A DNA stretch of 64,000 bases from Hemiscyllium ocellatum (Eukaryota), in the NCBI RefSeq assembly GCF_020745735.1, contig NC_083420.1, positions 73,254,237 through 73,318,236 of the forward strand. Reading direction: 5' to 3'. The translations under genes and the position numbers were made by a program. The notes beneath the pieces were generated by a model. That model saw nothing but the letters and a program-made list of their open reading frames with translations, made no database searches and had not been told where the DNA came from. Numbering within the stretch: position 1 is the stretch's first letter; the number at the start of each line of letters is the position of its first letter. Shown here piece after piece: positions 39,830-51,927 of this stretch.

Positions 39830-39945
39830 GAAATCAGAAACAAGAACACAAGTTGCTGGCAAAACAAAACAGTTAGCAGCATCTGTGGAGAGAAATCAGA
39901 GTGAACGTCCAGTGACCCTTTCTCTCTCGGAAGAATGTCACTGAA
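39830..39945 (-). mobile_element. Penelope-like terminal repeat fragment
   Basis: gatgctggaaatcagaaacaagaacacaagttgctgg..agcagcatctgtggagagaaatcagagt..cagtgaccctt. Confidence 0.6.
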
Positions 39946-40444
39946 GCAGCAGCTCAGCAGAAGCTGAGGATGTCTGTTACAGCTGACTTCATGCCAATTA
40001 TCTGAAAGTTGAAACTTCTAATTGACAATTTTCTGATTTGTGGAGGCCCCTGAAAAATGGAAGATCAGAAAGGTTCAGGGACTTTGGAGTGTTACAGCTA
40101 ACTGAGCTGACCATTCACGTAAATATGATATGAGAAATTAACGAGTACACTTTAACTTTAATAACTATCAATCTGACACGCAGTTCAGCAACAAACTCTC
40201 ATCTCTCAGACTAAAATCCACACTCTTTGTCTAGATCTAAATTGCTACTCGCATTGACGACTCCTACTCTCCTGCACACACATTCACGCTTAAACAAACC
40301 AACCCCATTGCAATATAGTAACATACATGTTCCTGGTGGATATGTAATCTCGATTCATTTCGCTCATTTCCATTCCTGCCTACCTGCACCGATTGTATGG
40401 TGAATCTAGCCCTAACTGGACCTGGAGAAAGTGAGCACTGCAGG

Positions 40445-40535
40445 AACCCTGAAGAAATGCTCATGCACGAAACGCCAATCCCCCTTCTCCTTGGATGCTA
40501 CCTGATCTGCTGCGCTTTTCCAACAACATATTTTC
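40445..40535 (+). mobile_element. Penelope-like terminal repeat fragment with hammerhead-like core
   Basis: CTGAAGA-aatgctcatgcac-GAAAC at about 40449-40473, followed by ..ggatgctacctgatctgctgcgcttttccaacaaca. Confidence 0.65.
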
Positions 40536-40884
40536 AGCCCTAATTGGACCTGGCACTAAAATTTTTAAAACCTCTGACTGTACCCACATTCCCCAAACAT
40601 GAAATTAGCCCTTGATCACTGACGTCTCATCTTACCCAATTCAACCTGTGCACATTGGGTCCTAATTATCTTCTTATCTGTCCCTTACCGGCAGCCACTT
40701 CGCCAGACTCGAAGCTTTGCCTTTCGAAGTCATATCCTCTCAACTAATCAGCTTCGAACCATGCAGACTTCCTGCATGTCGGCTCAAACTATCCCTCACC
40801 TGCCAAGCACAAGCCAATCACATTATTTCCTTGTGACCATTATCATTTGCGTAGATTCCGCCCTGCCAGAAGACAGATAAAGGA

Positions 40885-42050
40885 TTCCGGGTAATCCAAG
40901 ATGGAGGACAGGAAAAAATTCTGGCTGTAACAGCTGCTCATTTTTTGAGATATTTAAGGAGCTGGAAGTGATTTCCTCGATTTCCAGGAGCAACAATTAC
41001 TGTCTTATATGTTTTGCATTATTTTGGAACTTTGGGGGAAAGAAGTCAAACCAACAGCAGTTTTAAAAGGGAGAAGAACAGACAAAGAAAGACATGGTGA
41101 AGTTATTGCAGGAGAGAGTGAGAGATAACCTGCATAGTTACTGCCTTTGCTATTTAAATTCATGTATTACTGACATCGAAGTGCATCTGGGAAAATTATC
41201 AAACAGTGAAATTCACAACTGATCTTGGAGGAACTGTTGGGCGAAGTTCACAACACGGAATCAATAAGTTAATCGTTGCTTTAAGTGAGGCCTACAGAGA
41301 ATCTGCCGTAGAAAGTAGAGTGGGTTTTTCTTGATTATATGTTTTTGGAGATTTGCTTCTTGATTAAACTTAAAATATACAGCATAACTATTAATCTAAC
41401 GGGGTGCAGTGTTTGTAGAGAAATAAGACAGTGTTTTTTTTCTGCGTCTTTAGGTTGTGAAGGAGTAGGAATGGCCTTTAATGGAGTGATACGTACTTCC
41501 TGTCAGATGTGGGAGTTTAAGGAGATTTTAAGGCTTACTGCGGATTATATCTGCCATAAGTGCTGTTGGATGCGAATCTTATTAGATCGAATGGATCGTT
41601 TGGAGAGACAGTTAGAAGTAATGAGTAATTTGCAACAGCAACAGTATGTGATGGAGGGTAGTTATACGAAAGTGGGAAAGTCTCAGATACAGTCACATAG
41701 ATGGGTTATCTCCAGGAAAGGTACGAGAGGTAGGCATCTAGTGCAGAGTCTTTTGTGGATATGTGCATTTCAAACAGGTATGCTGTTTTGGAAAATATAG
41801 GGGGTGATGGATTCTCAGGGGAATGTTGCACGAACAACCAAGTTTCTTGTACTGGGACTGGCTCCAATGCAATGAGGGATACGTTGGCTTCCAAGAGATC
41901 AATTGTGTTCGGGGATTCTGTAGTCCGAGGTACAGATAGACGTTTCTATGGCCAGCAGAGAAAAAGCAGAATGGTGTATTGCTTCTCTGGTGCCAGGATC
42001 AAGAATGTCTCAGAGAGGGTGCAGAATTTCCTCACGGGGGACAATGCCCA
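40885..42050 (+). mobile_element. CR1 5' half (5'UTR + ORF1), 3'-truncated, in the JH-CH1 intron
   Basis: ATG at 41471; SCQMWEF..YICHKCCW..DRMDRLERQLE (zinc finger/coiled coil), then NRYAVLE..SIVFGDSVVRGTDRRF (SGNH esterase). Stops abruptly at about 42050. Confidence 0.88.
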
Positions 42051-42269
42051 TCTGATTGAAAAAAAGAGATTCACCAAACGACTGAACCCATCATCATCAC
42101 GTTAGTTATATACTGAGAGTTATTTTGAGTCTACAATTAATTTTAACAAGAAAACAGTCAGAATCAATCGAAGCTCAGCACAGAATCTCGGTTTCACTTA
42201 ATTCCTGAATTATTCGCATGAACAGAATTTTTTTCTTAAAAAGTTAATAAGAAAGTTCAAGGTTCTTAC

Positions 42270-42316
42270 CTGCATCACCATCACCACAGCCGCGTGGCCG
42301 CGGTTAGCAAGATAGT
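42270..42316 (-). pseudogene. IGHJ: Degenerate JH segment
   Basis: Minus strand ACTATCTTGCTAACCGCGGCCACGCGGCTGTGGTGATGGTGATGCAG|GTAAG aligns to a DYWGQGTMVTVT-type JH. W is changed to R, and the donor falls in phase 0 (1-nt loss). Confidence 0.82.
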
Positions 42317-42379
42317 CACAGTTACATGATCTGGACTGGGTCACGCCATATCTGGCTCTGCACAAGACAAACAAAAATC
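42317..42379 (+). other. JH recombination signal with abnormal 47-bp spacer
   Basis: Heptamer CACAGTT 42317-42323 abuts JH; nonamer ACAAAAATC at 42371-42379. Confidence 0.65.
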
Positions 42380-42669
42380 TGCCGTTATTTTAAATATTTG
42401 GAACCACAGCCAAAATGATGTAACCATAAATCTTCATCTCATTATACTTATGCAACTGGATGCTAATCACTTTTGATAAGTAAAACTTCTCAGAGTAACA
42501 TAAAATCTGATTATCAAAATTCACATCTGGTGCATCAATAATTATCACCACTTCTACAAATTAGACAGTGATGTTTGCATAACATCCCACAGAACTTTAT
42601 ATTGTCCTGCAAGGTTAGATGGCATGTTGAAATAAACACTAACTAGTTTCAAACAATGAGAGATTAATG

Positions 42670-42697
42670 AGTTTTTGTGCTGACCAGGAATACAGTG
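42670..42697 (-). other. 12-bp-spacer recombination signal (D2-type 3' RSS) directly after the VH(D) coding end
   Basis: Minus strand CACTGTA-TTCCTGGTCAGC(12)-ACAAAAACT. Confidence 0.88.
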
Positions 42698-42991
42698 ACA
42701 CCCCCTTCTACACAGTAATCCATACGGTATCTTCCATCTTCAGGCTCTTCATGCCCAAAAAAAGATATTGTTTGATATATCTTTGGACACAGTAAATCGA
42801 TCCTTAATCATCAAGGCATATATTTTACCGGATGAACTATACTTGGAAACTAGGCATTACAGCCCCTGTTCGGGAACCTGTTGGACCCAGTGCATATACA
42901 AACTGTCAAGATTGAACCTGCTGATTTTACATATCTGTTTCACAGAGACATCGCGATGGCCACTCTTTGCTTTTGGCATAGTCAAAATAAA
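42698..42991 (-). pseudogene. IGHV: VH segment with fused D-like junction (germline-joined VD), disrupted
   Basis: LTMPKAKSG..VSVKQICKISRFNLDSLYMHWVQQVPEQGL*CLVS..YALMIKDRFTVSKDISNNIF(fs)MKSLKMEDT(fs)MDYC-VEGG. Cys23, Trp41 and Cys104 are present; one stop and two -1 frameshifts. Confidence 0.93.
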
Positions 42992-43060
42992 CTTTAAAAA
43001 GAAAACAAAAAAAAAACACCCATGAGCATTTACCCTGATGAAATGACATCTGAGACTTCC

Positions 43061-43117
43061 GGGGGTAGACTAAGGTTGAGACAATAAAGAAAAACTTGAG
43101 CAAAAAGAAAATCCCAT
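43061..43117 (-). pseudogene. Possible degenerate VH leader exon
   Basis: ATG at 43117-43115, a pyrimidine-rich hydrophobic stretch, and a donor-like GGAAGT at 43060-43055 about 70 nt above the V exon. Contains a stop and is a weak match. Confidence 0.3.
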
Positions 43118-43385
43118 GATCAGCAACAAAATGTAAGAAATTGTCCATGTAAATTTTCTGACAACTTGTGTGAAATGGTTTTGTTAAGATCTTTCTACAC
43201 CAACCCGATTCAGGAGTGTTAAATTGCGGTCTATTGACCAAGATGTATATGATTTGGAAAAGCCAGTGTTGGACTGAGGTACGGATAGTTAACGATCACA
43301 CAACACCAGGTTATTTTCGCGCCACTACACATTTCTTAGAGAATCTCAGCACCCACGGACCAGTCGAACCGGGAAATTAAATATA

Positions 43386-46300
43386 CAATAGACAATAGGT
43401 GCAGGAGTAGGCCATTCTGCCCTTCGATCCTGCACCATCATTCAATCGGATCATAGCTGATCATCCTTAATCAGTATCCTGTTCCTGCATTATCTCCATA
43501 GCCCTTGATTTCACTATCCTTGAGAACCCCATCCAACTCTTTCTTAAATGAATCCAGAGACTGGGCCTCCACTGCCCTCTGGGGCAGAGCATTCCACATA
43601 GCCACCACTCTCTGGGTGAAGACGTTTCTCCTCATCTCTGTCCTAAATGGTCTACCCCGTATTTTTAAGCTGTGTCCTCTGGTTCAGCAATCACCCATCA
43701 GCGGAAACATGTTTCCTGCCCCCAGAGTGTCCAAACCTTTAATAATCTTATATGTCTCAATCAGATCCCCTTTCAGTCTTTTAAACTCAAGGGTATACAA
43801 GCCCAGTCGCTCCAGTCTTTCAGCGTATGGTAGTCCCGCCATTCCAGGAATTGACCACATGAACCTACGCTGCACTCCCTCAATAGCCAGAATGTCTTTC
43901 CTCAAACTTGGAGACCAGAACTGCACACAATTCTCCAGGTGTGGTCTCACCAGGGTCCTGTACAGCTGCAGAAGAACCTTTTTGCTTCTGTACTCAATCC
44001 CTCTTCTAATGAAGGCTAGGATGCTATTAGCCTACGTCACTACCTGCTGTACCTGCATGATTACCTTCATTTACTGGTGTACAAGAACACCCAGAACTCT
44101 TTGTATTGCCCCTTTACCTAAATTGATTCCATTTAGGTAGTAATCTTCCTTCCTGTTCGTGCCCCCAAAGTGGATAACCATGCATTTATCCACATTAAAC
44201 TGCATCTGCCATGCATTTGACCACTTACCTAACCTGTCCAGGTCACCCTTTCATCTCCTAACATCCTCCTCACATTTCACCCTGCCACCCAGCTTAGTAT
44301 CATCAGCAAATTTGCTAATGCTATTACTAATACCATCGTCTATATCATTGATATATATTGTAAAAAGCTGGGATCCCAGCATTGTTCCCTGCGGTATCAC
44401 ATGGCCACTGCCTGCCATTCCGAAATGGAGCCGTTTATCACTACTCTTTGTTTCCTGTCAGCCAACCAACTTTTAATCCACGTTTAATTCTTTGCCCCAA
44501 ATTAGGCCGTGCGCCCTAATTTTGTTCACTAACCGCCTATGTTGGACTTTATCAAAAGCTTTCTGAAGTGAAGATACATTATATTTACTGGATCTCCCTC
44601 GTCCATCTTCAGAGTTGCGTCCTCAACTCTGAAGATTTGTCAAGCATGATTTCCCCTTCATAAATCCATGCTGATTCTGATCTATCATGTTTCTGCTATC
44701 CAGATGTGTCGTAATTTCATCCTTTAAAATAGACTCCAGGATCTTTCCCACTACTGAGATCAAACCAAATGGTCTATAATTTCCTCTTTTTTTTCTCTCC
44801 CACCTTTCTTAAAAGGTTGTACAATACTAGCCACCCTCCAATCCGCAAGAACTGATGCTGAATCTATCGAACTCTGGAAAAGAATAACCAATGTATCCAC
44901 GATTTCTCAAGCCACCTCCTTCTGTACCCTGGGGTGTAGACCATCAGGCCCGGGGACTTACCAACCGTCAGATCTAACAAAGACTCTCCAAAACAAATTC
45001 CTGGTAAATATAAATTCCATAAAGTTCAAGTCCTTCTGTCACTGTTACCTCAGGGGGATTGCTTGCGTCTTCCACAGTGAACATGAATCTGAAGTACCAA
45101 TTCAATTATTCCACCATTTCTTTGTTCCCTGTAATATATTCCCCTGTTTCTGCCTTCAAGCATCCAATTTTAGTCTTAACCATTTTTTTTTGCCCTTCAC
45201 ATACCTAAAAAGAAGCTTTTGCTATCCTCCTTTATATTTTTGGCCAGTTTACCTTCGCACCTCATTTTTTTCTCTGCGTATTTCCTTCTTAGTAAGCCTC
45301 TGTTGTTCTTTAAAAGCTTCCCAGTCATCCGTTTTCTCATTTACCTTTGCTATGTTATACTTTTTCTCTTTGGACTTTATATGTTTCTTAACTTCCCTCG
45401 TCAGCTACGGCCACTCATGCCTCCTCCTAGGATCTTTCTTCCTTTTTTTGAATGAACTGATGCTTCATCTTCTGCATAATGTGCAGAAATATCTGCCATT
45501 GTTCCTACACGGTCATCCCTGCTAAGGTATTGCACCATTGAACTTTGGTCAGGTCCACCCTCATAACTCCATTGTTCCACTTATTCAACAGATATATTAT
45601 CAGTTCCGATTGTACCCTCTCCCTCTCAAATTGCAAATTGAAGCTTATTGTATTATGGTCACTACTTCTCAATGGCTCCTTCACTTCGAGGTCCCTGATA
45701 ATTCTGGTTCGTTGCACAATACCAGATCCAGAATTGCCTTTTCCCTTGTAGGCTTCAGCACCAGCTGTCCTTAGAACGCATCTCGGAGGCACAAAGTCTC
45801 TTTCTTGAGGTCCAATACCATCCTGATTCTCTCAGTCTACCTGCAAGTTGAAATTCCCCCATAACAACTGTAGCAACATCTTTGCGACAGGCCAATTTCA
45901 GCTCCTGATTCAACTTACATCCAACATTCAGACTATTGTTTGGGGCCCGTAGATAACTCCCAAGAGGATATTTTTACCCCTTAGAATTTCCCAGCTCTAT
46001 CCATACTGACTCTACATCCCCGATTCTAGGTCTCCCCCCGCAAGGGACTGAATATCATCCCTGACCAACATGGCCACCCCACCCCCTCTGCCCGTCAGTC
46101 TGTCCTTGCGATTGTACGTGTCGCCTTGAATGTTCATTTCCCAGGCCATATCCACTTTAAGCCATGTCTCAATTATCCCCCAAAATATCGCATCTGCCAA
46201 TTTCTAAAAGAGCCTCAAGCTCATCCATCTTATTTCTAATGCTTCGTGCATTCATATATAGTATTTTTAATTAATTCCTGGCCTCAGCCTTCCCATCAAC

Positions 46301-47140
46301 TACTATTTCACTCAACCTTGCAGCATGATCCCTTTTTGAGTTGTCTGCTTTATTGATACAGTTGTCTTTCTTGACTTCCTTTGTTCCAACTTTCCCTTCA
46401 ATTTCCTTCTTAAACATCCAGTTTGTTCTCCCACCCCACCCCCAGCCCCACCCCCGCTACTTAGCTTAAACATAGCTGTGTTGCAGTAGCAAACCTGCCT
46501 GCCATAATGCTGGTCCCTAACCTATTAAGGTGCAATCCGTCTCTCTTGTAGAATTTATGCTGACCACAAAACATACCCCAGTGATCCAATAATTTAAATC
46601 ATTGCTTCCTGCACTAGTTTCCCAGCCACACTTTCAAGTCCACTCTTCCTGTTTCTGGCGTCACCACCCCGAAGAACTGGATTCAAACTGGAGATAACCA
46701 TCCTGGACGTCCTGATTTTCAGCCTTCTTCCTAGTTCTCCGAAGTCCCGTTGTAATATGTTCCTCCTCTTCTTCCCGACATCATTTGTGCTGACATGTAC
46801 CAGCACCTCTGGCTCTTCACCTTCGTTGTTAAGAATTTCCTGCATTCTCTCTGTCATGTCTTTAAACCTAGCACCTGAAAGGCAACACACCTTCATTAAG
46901 TCCCGCCTGCTGCCACAAAAAACCCGGTCAGGTTCTCTCACTATGGAGTCCCCTATTACCAGGGCTCTGCGCGATGTCCAAGCCTTCCGCTCTGCCTACA
47001 CGCCAACTTTTGAATGACAGACATGGCCGCCTCGCGGACTGGCAATGTCATCTGTCTGTACTCTTTCCAAAAGATTCAACTTGTTCCTGACAGGTACTTC
47101 CCCCGGGGTCTCTTCCACCCATCTCCTCTCTGCCTTCCTT
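43386..47140 (-). mobile_element. CR1 LINE (partial ORF1, frameshifted ORF2, ATTGTCT-type tail)
   Basis: 46594-46941 (EPEVLVHVSTND), 46012-46200 (GIIETWL..GGGVAMLVRD), 45505-45792 (SSDHNTI), 43684-43950 (RPHLENCVQFWSP); caatagacaatag tail at 43386. Confidence 0.92.
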
Positions 47141-47365
47141 ATAGTTCCAGGAGTCGACAAACTACACCATGTTCTCCGCAGCCTGCAACACTTATCAATG
47201 AGAATGATCATTTTGCCAAGACCTTCCCCACACCTCCACTTCTCGCCTTTGAACAGCCACGAAACCTCAGACAGATCATTGTTTGTAGCAAACTGCCGGG
47301 CTTTCAGGACGATACCTTACAACCTGGTCACAGTAAACGCTGCAAGACATTCATATCCGATATCA
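47141..47365 (+). mobile_element. Penelope-like ORF fragment (region preceding GIY-YIG)
   Basis: LHHVLRSLQH..INENDHFAKTFPTPPLLAFEQPRNLRQIIVCSKL..HSKRCKT. Confidence 0.7.
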
Positions 47366-47469
47366 CGTTTGACTATAATCAAATGGGAGGACAAGCACTT
47401 TTTTTCCAAGCTGAACTTACTCAGAAGATAATGCCAGGTATATTTAACAGAAAGAGTGGAGACAATTTC

Positions 47470-48350
47470 AGTTTTTGGAACACCAAATGGACTATGCCAG
47501 TTTTATGTCATGCTATTTGAAATGGAGAATTTGCCAGCCACATTTGAAAGGCTAACCTACAATAACATTTCTGGATTCTCCAGTTGTGTGGTATGCATCG
47601 ACGACCTTGTGATTTTTAGTCACACATGAAAGGAACTTTGCAGCACTTACTGGAATTGGTCAGTCAACTTTTGGAGGCAAGCTGGTAATAAACCTGGCTA
47701 AGTGTGAATTTGCCATAGCCCAAGTCATGTTTTCGGCCAAGTGATCTGGCATGGACAGATGATCCTGACCATAGCATCGCTGACGACAGTAGTAGTCTGA
47801 GTCCGCCAAGTGAAAATGCTTATCAGACGTTTGTAGCAAATTTTAGCAATGGTTGCTCAACTGACTGACTTATTGAAATAGCGTAGGAAATTTCAGTGGA
47901 CAGTGAAATGTCAGAAGGCATTTGACATCCTGAAATCTGTGTTAATCACTGTCACAGTGTAAGCTATGCCGAATTGCGTAATTCTACTCAAAGTGGCGAT
48001 TGGTGCGAGTGATGTGGGTGTGAATGCTGTATCCTCACAAGATGACGATGAGAAAATAGAAAGGACCATCTGGTATTTCTCCAGGGAATGGAATATTCAT
48101 CAGCAATATTCTACCATTGAGAAGGGCACCTTGGGCTTTGTGGGATAACGTTTCAAAAATGTTACTGCCAGTTATGCATCATGGACAATTGTATGTATTG
48201 ATCATAACTGATGAAAGGTTTTGGATAAATTTAAGGAAAACATTCCAGACTGGTTACATGTAGCTTCTTACTGCGACCATTTAATTTGAAGATTGTACAT
48301 GTGGCAGGAGAAGAAAATATAATTGCCAATGTGTTGTTACAACTTGGATG
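47470..48350 (+). mobile_element. Gypsy (Gmr1-like) RT/RNase H remnant
   Basis: TPNGLCQFYVM..PATFERL; CIDDLVIFS; LKVAIGASDVGVNAV..YFSREWN..YSTIEK (47966-48148). Confidence 0.75.
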
Positions 48351-48639
48351 ATGAAAGATGGAGGGACTTCGAGTCTGGTGGAAATGGACTGAAATAGAAC
48401 GCAATAGTAAATGCTTGCATGGTTAGAATCGTTGTAATGTATATGTAGTTTCGTTTAATGATTGAGTAAGACTAAGGGTTTTAAAATGAAGTTATCTTCG
48501 TATATTAATGCTGTTTCAATACAATTGTAACATTGGTACCTCACAATTAACGTGGAAAATGGCTCAAGGAAGTCCTGTACATACAAAAAGTAAGACTGGT
48601 CCAATCCGGCCAATTACTAATGCATCAGTCTATTCTTCA

Positions 48640-49870
48640 TCATCAGTAAAATTTTGGCAAATGTCTTCCACAGTGTTATAAAGCAGTCCTTGCTCATCAA
48701 TAAGCTGTTCAGTGTGGGTGCCCCCAGGGCGACTCAGCTCCTGACCTCACCACAAACATTATCCAAACATGGACAAAACAAATGAATCCTGCAGTTGACG
48801 TGAGTGTGACAGTCCTTGATATCGAGGCTGCATTTGACTGAATAAGGCATCAAGGACCCCTAAGAAAACTTGAATCAATGTATATTGTGGGCAAAGTCTA
48901 TGGTGGTTCAAGTCATACTTGACACACAGGAAGATGATATTGTTGTTGGAGGTTAGTTATCTCAGTTCTAGGACATCTCTGCATTCCTTAGTGTAGTGTT
49001 GTCGGCCCAAGTATTTTCAGAACCTTCTGCTCCATCACAAGGTCACGATATTCGGCGATGATTGCACAACCGACCGCGCCAGTCACTACTCCGCAGATAC
49101 TGCTGCCGTCCATGTTGAACTGACACAAGATTTTAACAATATCCCGGCTTGGGCTGACAATTGACAAGTGACATTGACACCATTGGAATGCCAGGCTATT
49201 TCAATAATGATTAACAGGTAACCCAGCCATTGTCCCTTGGCATTTAATGATATTTCCATCACTGAATCTCCAATATCAACACCCTAGGGGTTATCCTTGA
49301 TGAAAGGCTCAACTGGACTCAACGTAACACAGTCGCCACTAGAACAGGTCAGGAGCTAGCAATACTGCGGTGAGTAACTCACCGCTTGACACCACAAAGC
49401 CTGTGCACTATCTACAAAGCCCAAGACAGGAGGGTTATGGAATTCTACCCACTTTCCTGAATGGATGGAGCTCCATCAACACTCAAGAAGTTTGAGAAAT
49501 TTCAGGACAAAGTACCCCGCTTGATTGGCATGGCATCCACAAGAATCTAGTCCCCTCACAATACACGCTCAGTGCATACTGCTGCTACTATCTGCATGAT
49601 GTCTTGATGAAATTCACCGAAGTTCTTCAGTCGCACCTTCCAAACGCATAACTACTTTCATCTAGAAGGACAAGAGTAGCATATATATGGGAAGGCCAAC
49701 ACTTTTAATTAACACCGAAGTCACTCAACGTCCTAATTTGGAAATGTATTTGGAAATGGCCGTCCCTTCACTGCCCATGTGTCAAAGTCCTGGAATTCCC
49801 TCCCTCATGGCATTGTGGGTCAACCCACAATAGGTGGACGACATCATTTGAAGAAGCCAGCCCGTAGTCT
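48640..49870 (+). mobile_element. Old CR1/L2-type LINE RT 3' fragment
   Basis: ..tccttgatatcgaggctgcatttgac..; ..atattcggcgatgattgcaca.. (FADDCT-like). Reverse-complement homolog of 9272-10532. Confidence 0.7.
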
Positions 49871-51927
49871 AGAACGCATTTAGGTTTGTCTTAAAAGTAG
49901 TTTACCAATGCATCAGGAGTGGAGGGTTCTCTAGTTCAAGTACTTCTAGTTTTGTTTTACCAATAGCAATCCCAAGATATTTTGAACATCAGAAAGTTGC
50001 AAGCCTCAATAATGATTTCTATCTGACTTTGACTGAAGTTTTTTTCTGGATGATTTTCCGTCCTGCCTGGAAGAATATGTGTTTGAATTTTGCTGAAGGG
50101 TGTTTATGGTACATTACAACATGGGAACAGTTAATTAGTTAAGTTACCATATCAAGTATTCGGTTAAATTTTTGAAGAATTATTCCAAATTCCACTTTCC
50201 ATTATTATTGTTTCACCTGTAGTGTTCTAATAAATTCAGTTTCGCTTAATGCCGAGTGGTTTAATGGTTTGCATCACACCAATAACATAAGTCACATCTG
50301 TTTTTAAAATAAGAGAAAGTTAGGGTCTAGATCACCTTCTTAATTGCTTTTCTAGAGAATCTGCCCTGCTCCATAACACACAACCAAAACAGAAACTGCA
50401 GCCTTCGGGACTCGATATTGAGTTCAATCATTTTCGAGTCTCAACACCGTCTCCCATTGACTTTACCCTATGCCCCACACACCAGGCCTTGTCATCACAT
50501 GGACTGCTACCAAAACAGGCCTTCGTTATCGCATAACTATTTCTACAAGCAGCTTTTGTTTCTCTCAGGCTGACCTTTACCCATTGATTGGTCTATCCAA
50601 GTGTTCCCATTCTCTCTCTGGGCTCCTTCTCCACCTATCAGTTCGAGGAATTTCAAAGTTAGGTCATTGAGTGACTTGGAGGGGAATTCAAATGTGGTGG
50701 CCTTGCCATATATTGGCTAAGCCCTTCCCCACCCCCCAACTTCAGCATACATATCAACCTTTTCTGAGCTGCAATCAGTTCTGATATCTGGTCACTGGAT
50801 CAGAAATGTTGACAGAGCAGATCTGTCAACACATGGAGAGAAAGCAGCATACTCCTAATAATTTCAGGGTTTTTTTCTGATTTCAAGAATTAACAGTTAC
50901 TTTCTTTGTGGTTTAGATGTACAGTCATCCTAGACCAGGATACAGGAGGAGAGCATGTTGTTGTCGTTTCTCTCGGAATGACAGGGATGGAGGTTTGAAA
51001 GTACTTTGACAGGGCTTGAGAAAGAGAGGATTTTCAGACAGCAAACTGCAAACAGAATAATTAGTTTCGTTTTTTTCTCTCCAGCAGCTTATTTTTACAC
51101 ACTGTGTATAATTTCCTTCCTCAAATTCCATTTTTCTAGGTGTTGTACAGAATATCAAATCAGTGTTCATTGGAATGACTGATTGGGGAAGCAACTTCTG
51201 GATTAAAAGAAAACCTGACAGAGACTGTAACAGGAAATAACAGGCTGTCCATCAGTTATTGAAAATCAGTTAGTGACCATGGTCTACATCACTCCGATTC
51301 ACCCTGTGATTCCCGACTTCACAAATGAATTTAAATCTCAGCATGACTTTTACCCCCACACCATTATTTCGGAGAATTGGATGGCACGACTGGTACCCAA
51401 TGATATCAGTGCATTTAATAAAGTGAGGGATATTCACCTGACAAAGTGAACAGTTGTGGCTATCACCTAATATGGAGATGTTGGCTTAGCAGGAGAAACA
51501 ACAATGGGGCAGTGGTTTGTTGTTATGGACACGGAAAACACTGAGAGGGTAAATGGGCAATAAGAACTGGAGAGTTTGAGATGAATATAAGAAGGAAAGT
51601 GGAGGCACTTCAGACTCAGTGGGCGAGCAGAAGGGAAAGAAACACAGAGGCAGCTGATTGATTGATCAGTCACAGTGACAAGAAGTGCACAAGTTGAAAC
51701 ATGAGGTATGCGGGCGACAGGAGAACGAGAGCCCGTCACAAGCAAAAAACTTGTGCTTGATGTGTAAAGAAGGAATTAAAATTATACTTAAAATAGAGTT
51801 GACTGAATGGCATTTTACTTCGAATATTACCTGCAAAAACTGGACAGCTATGTTTAATATCAGGAAAGACAGATCCCAGTGAGCATGTTCAGTTCTTTCA
51901 CACGATGGACAGTAAAATCCAGTGCAG

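Noticed and set aside
42698-42717. Free-standing D segment flanked by two heptamers
   Set aside because: The apparent second heptamer CACAGTA (42711-42717) is the reverse complement of the VH Tyr-Cys codons and has no correctly spaced nonamer.
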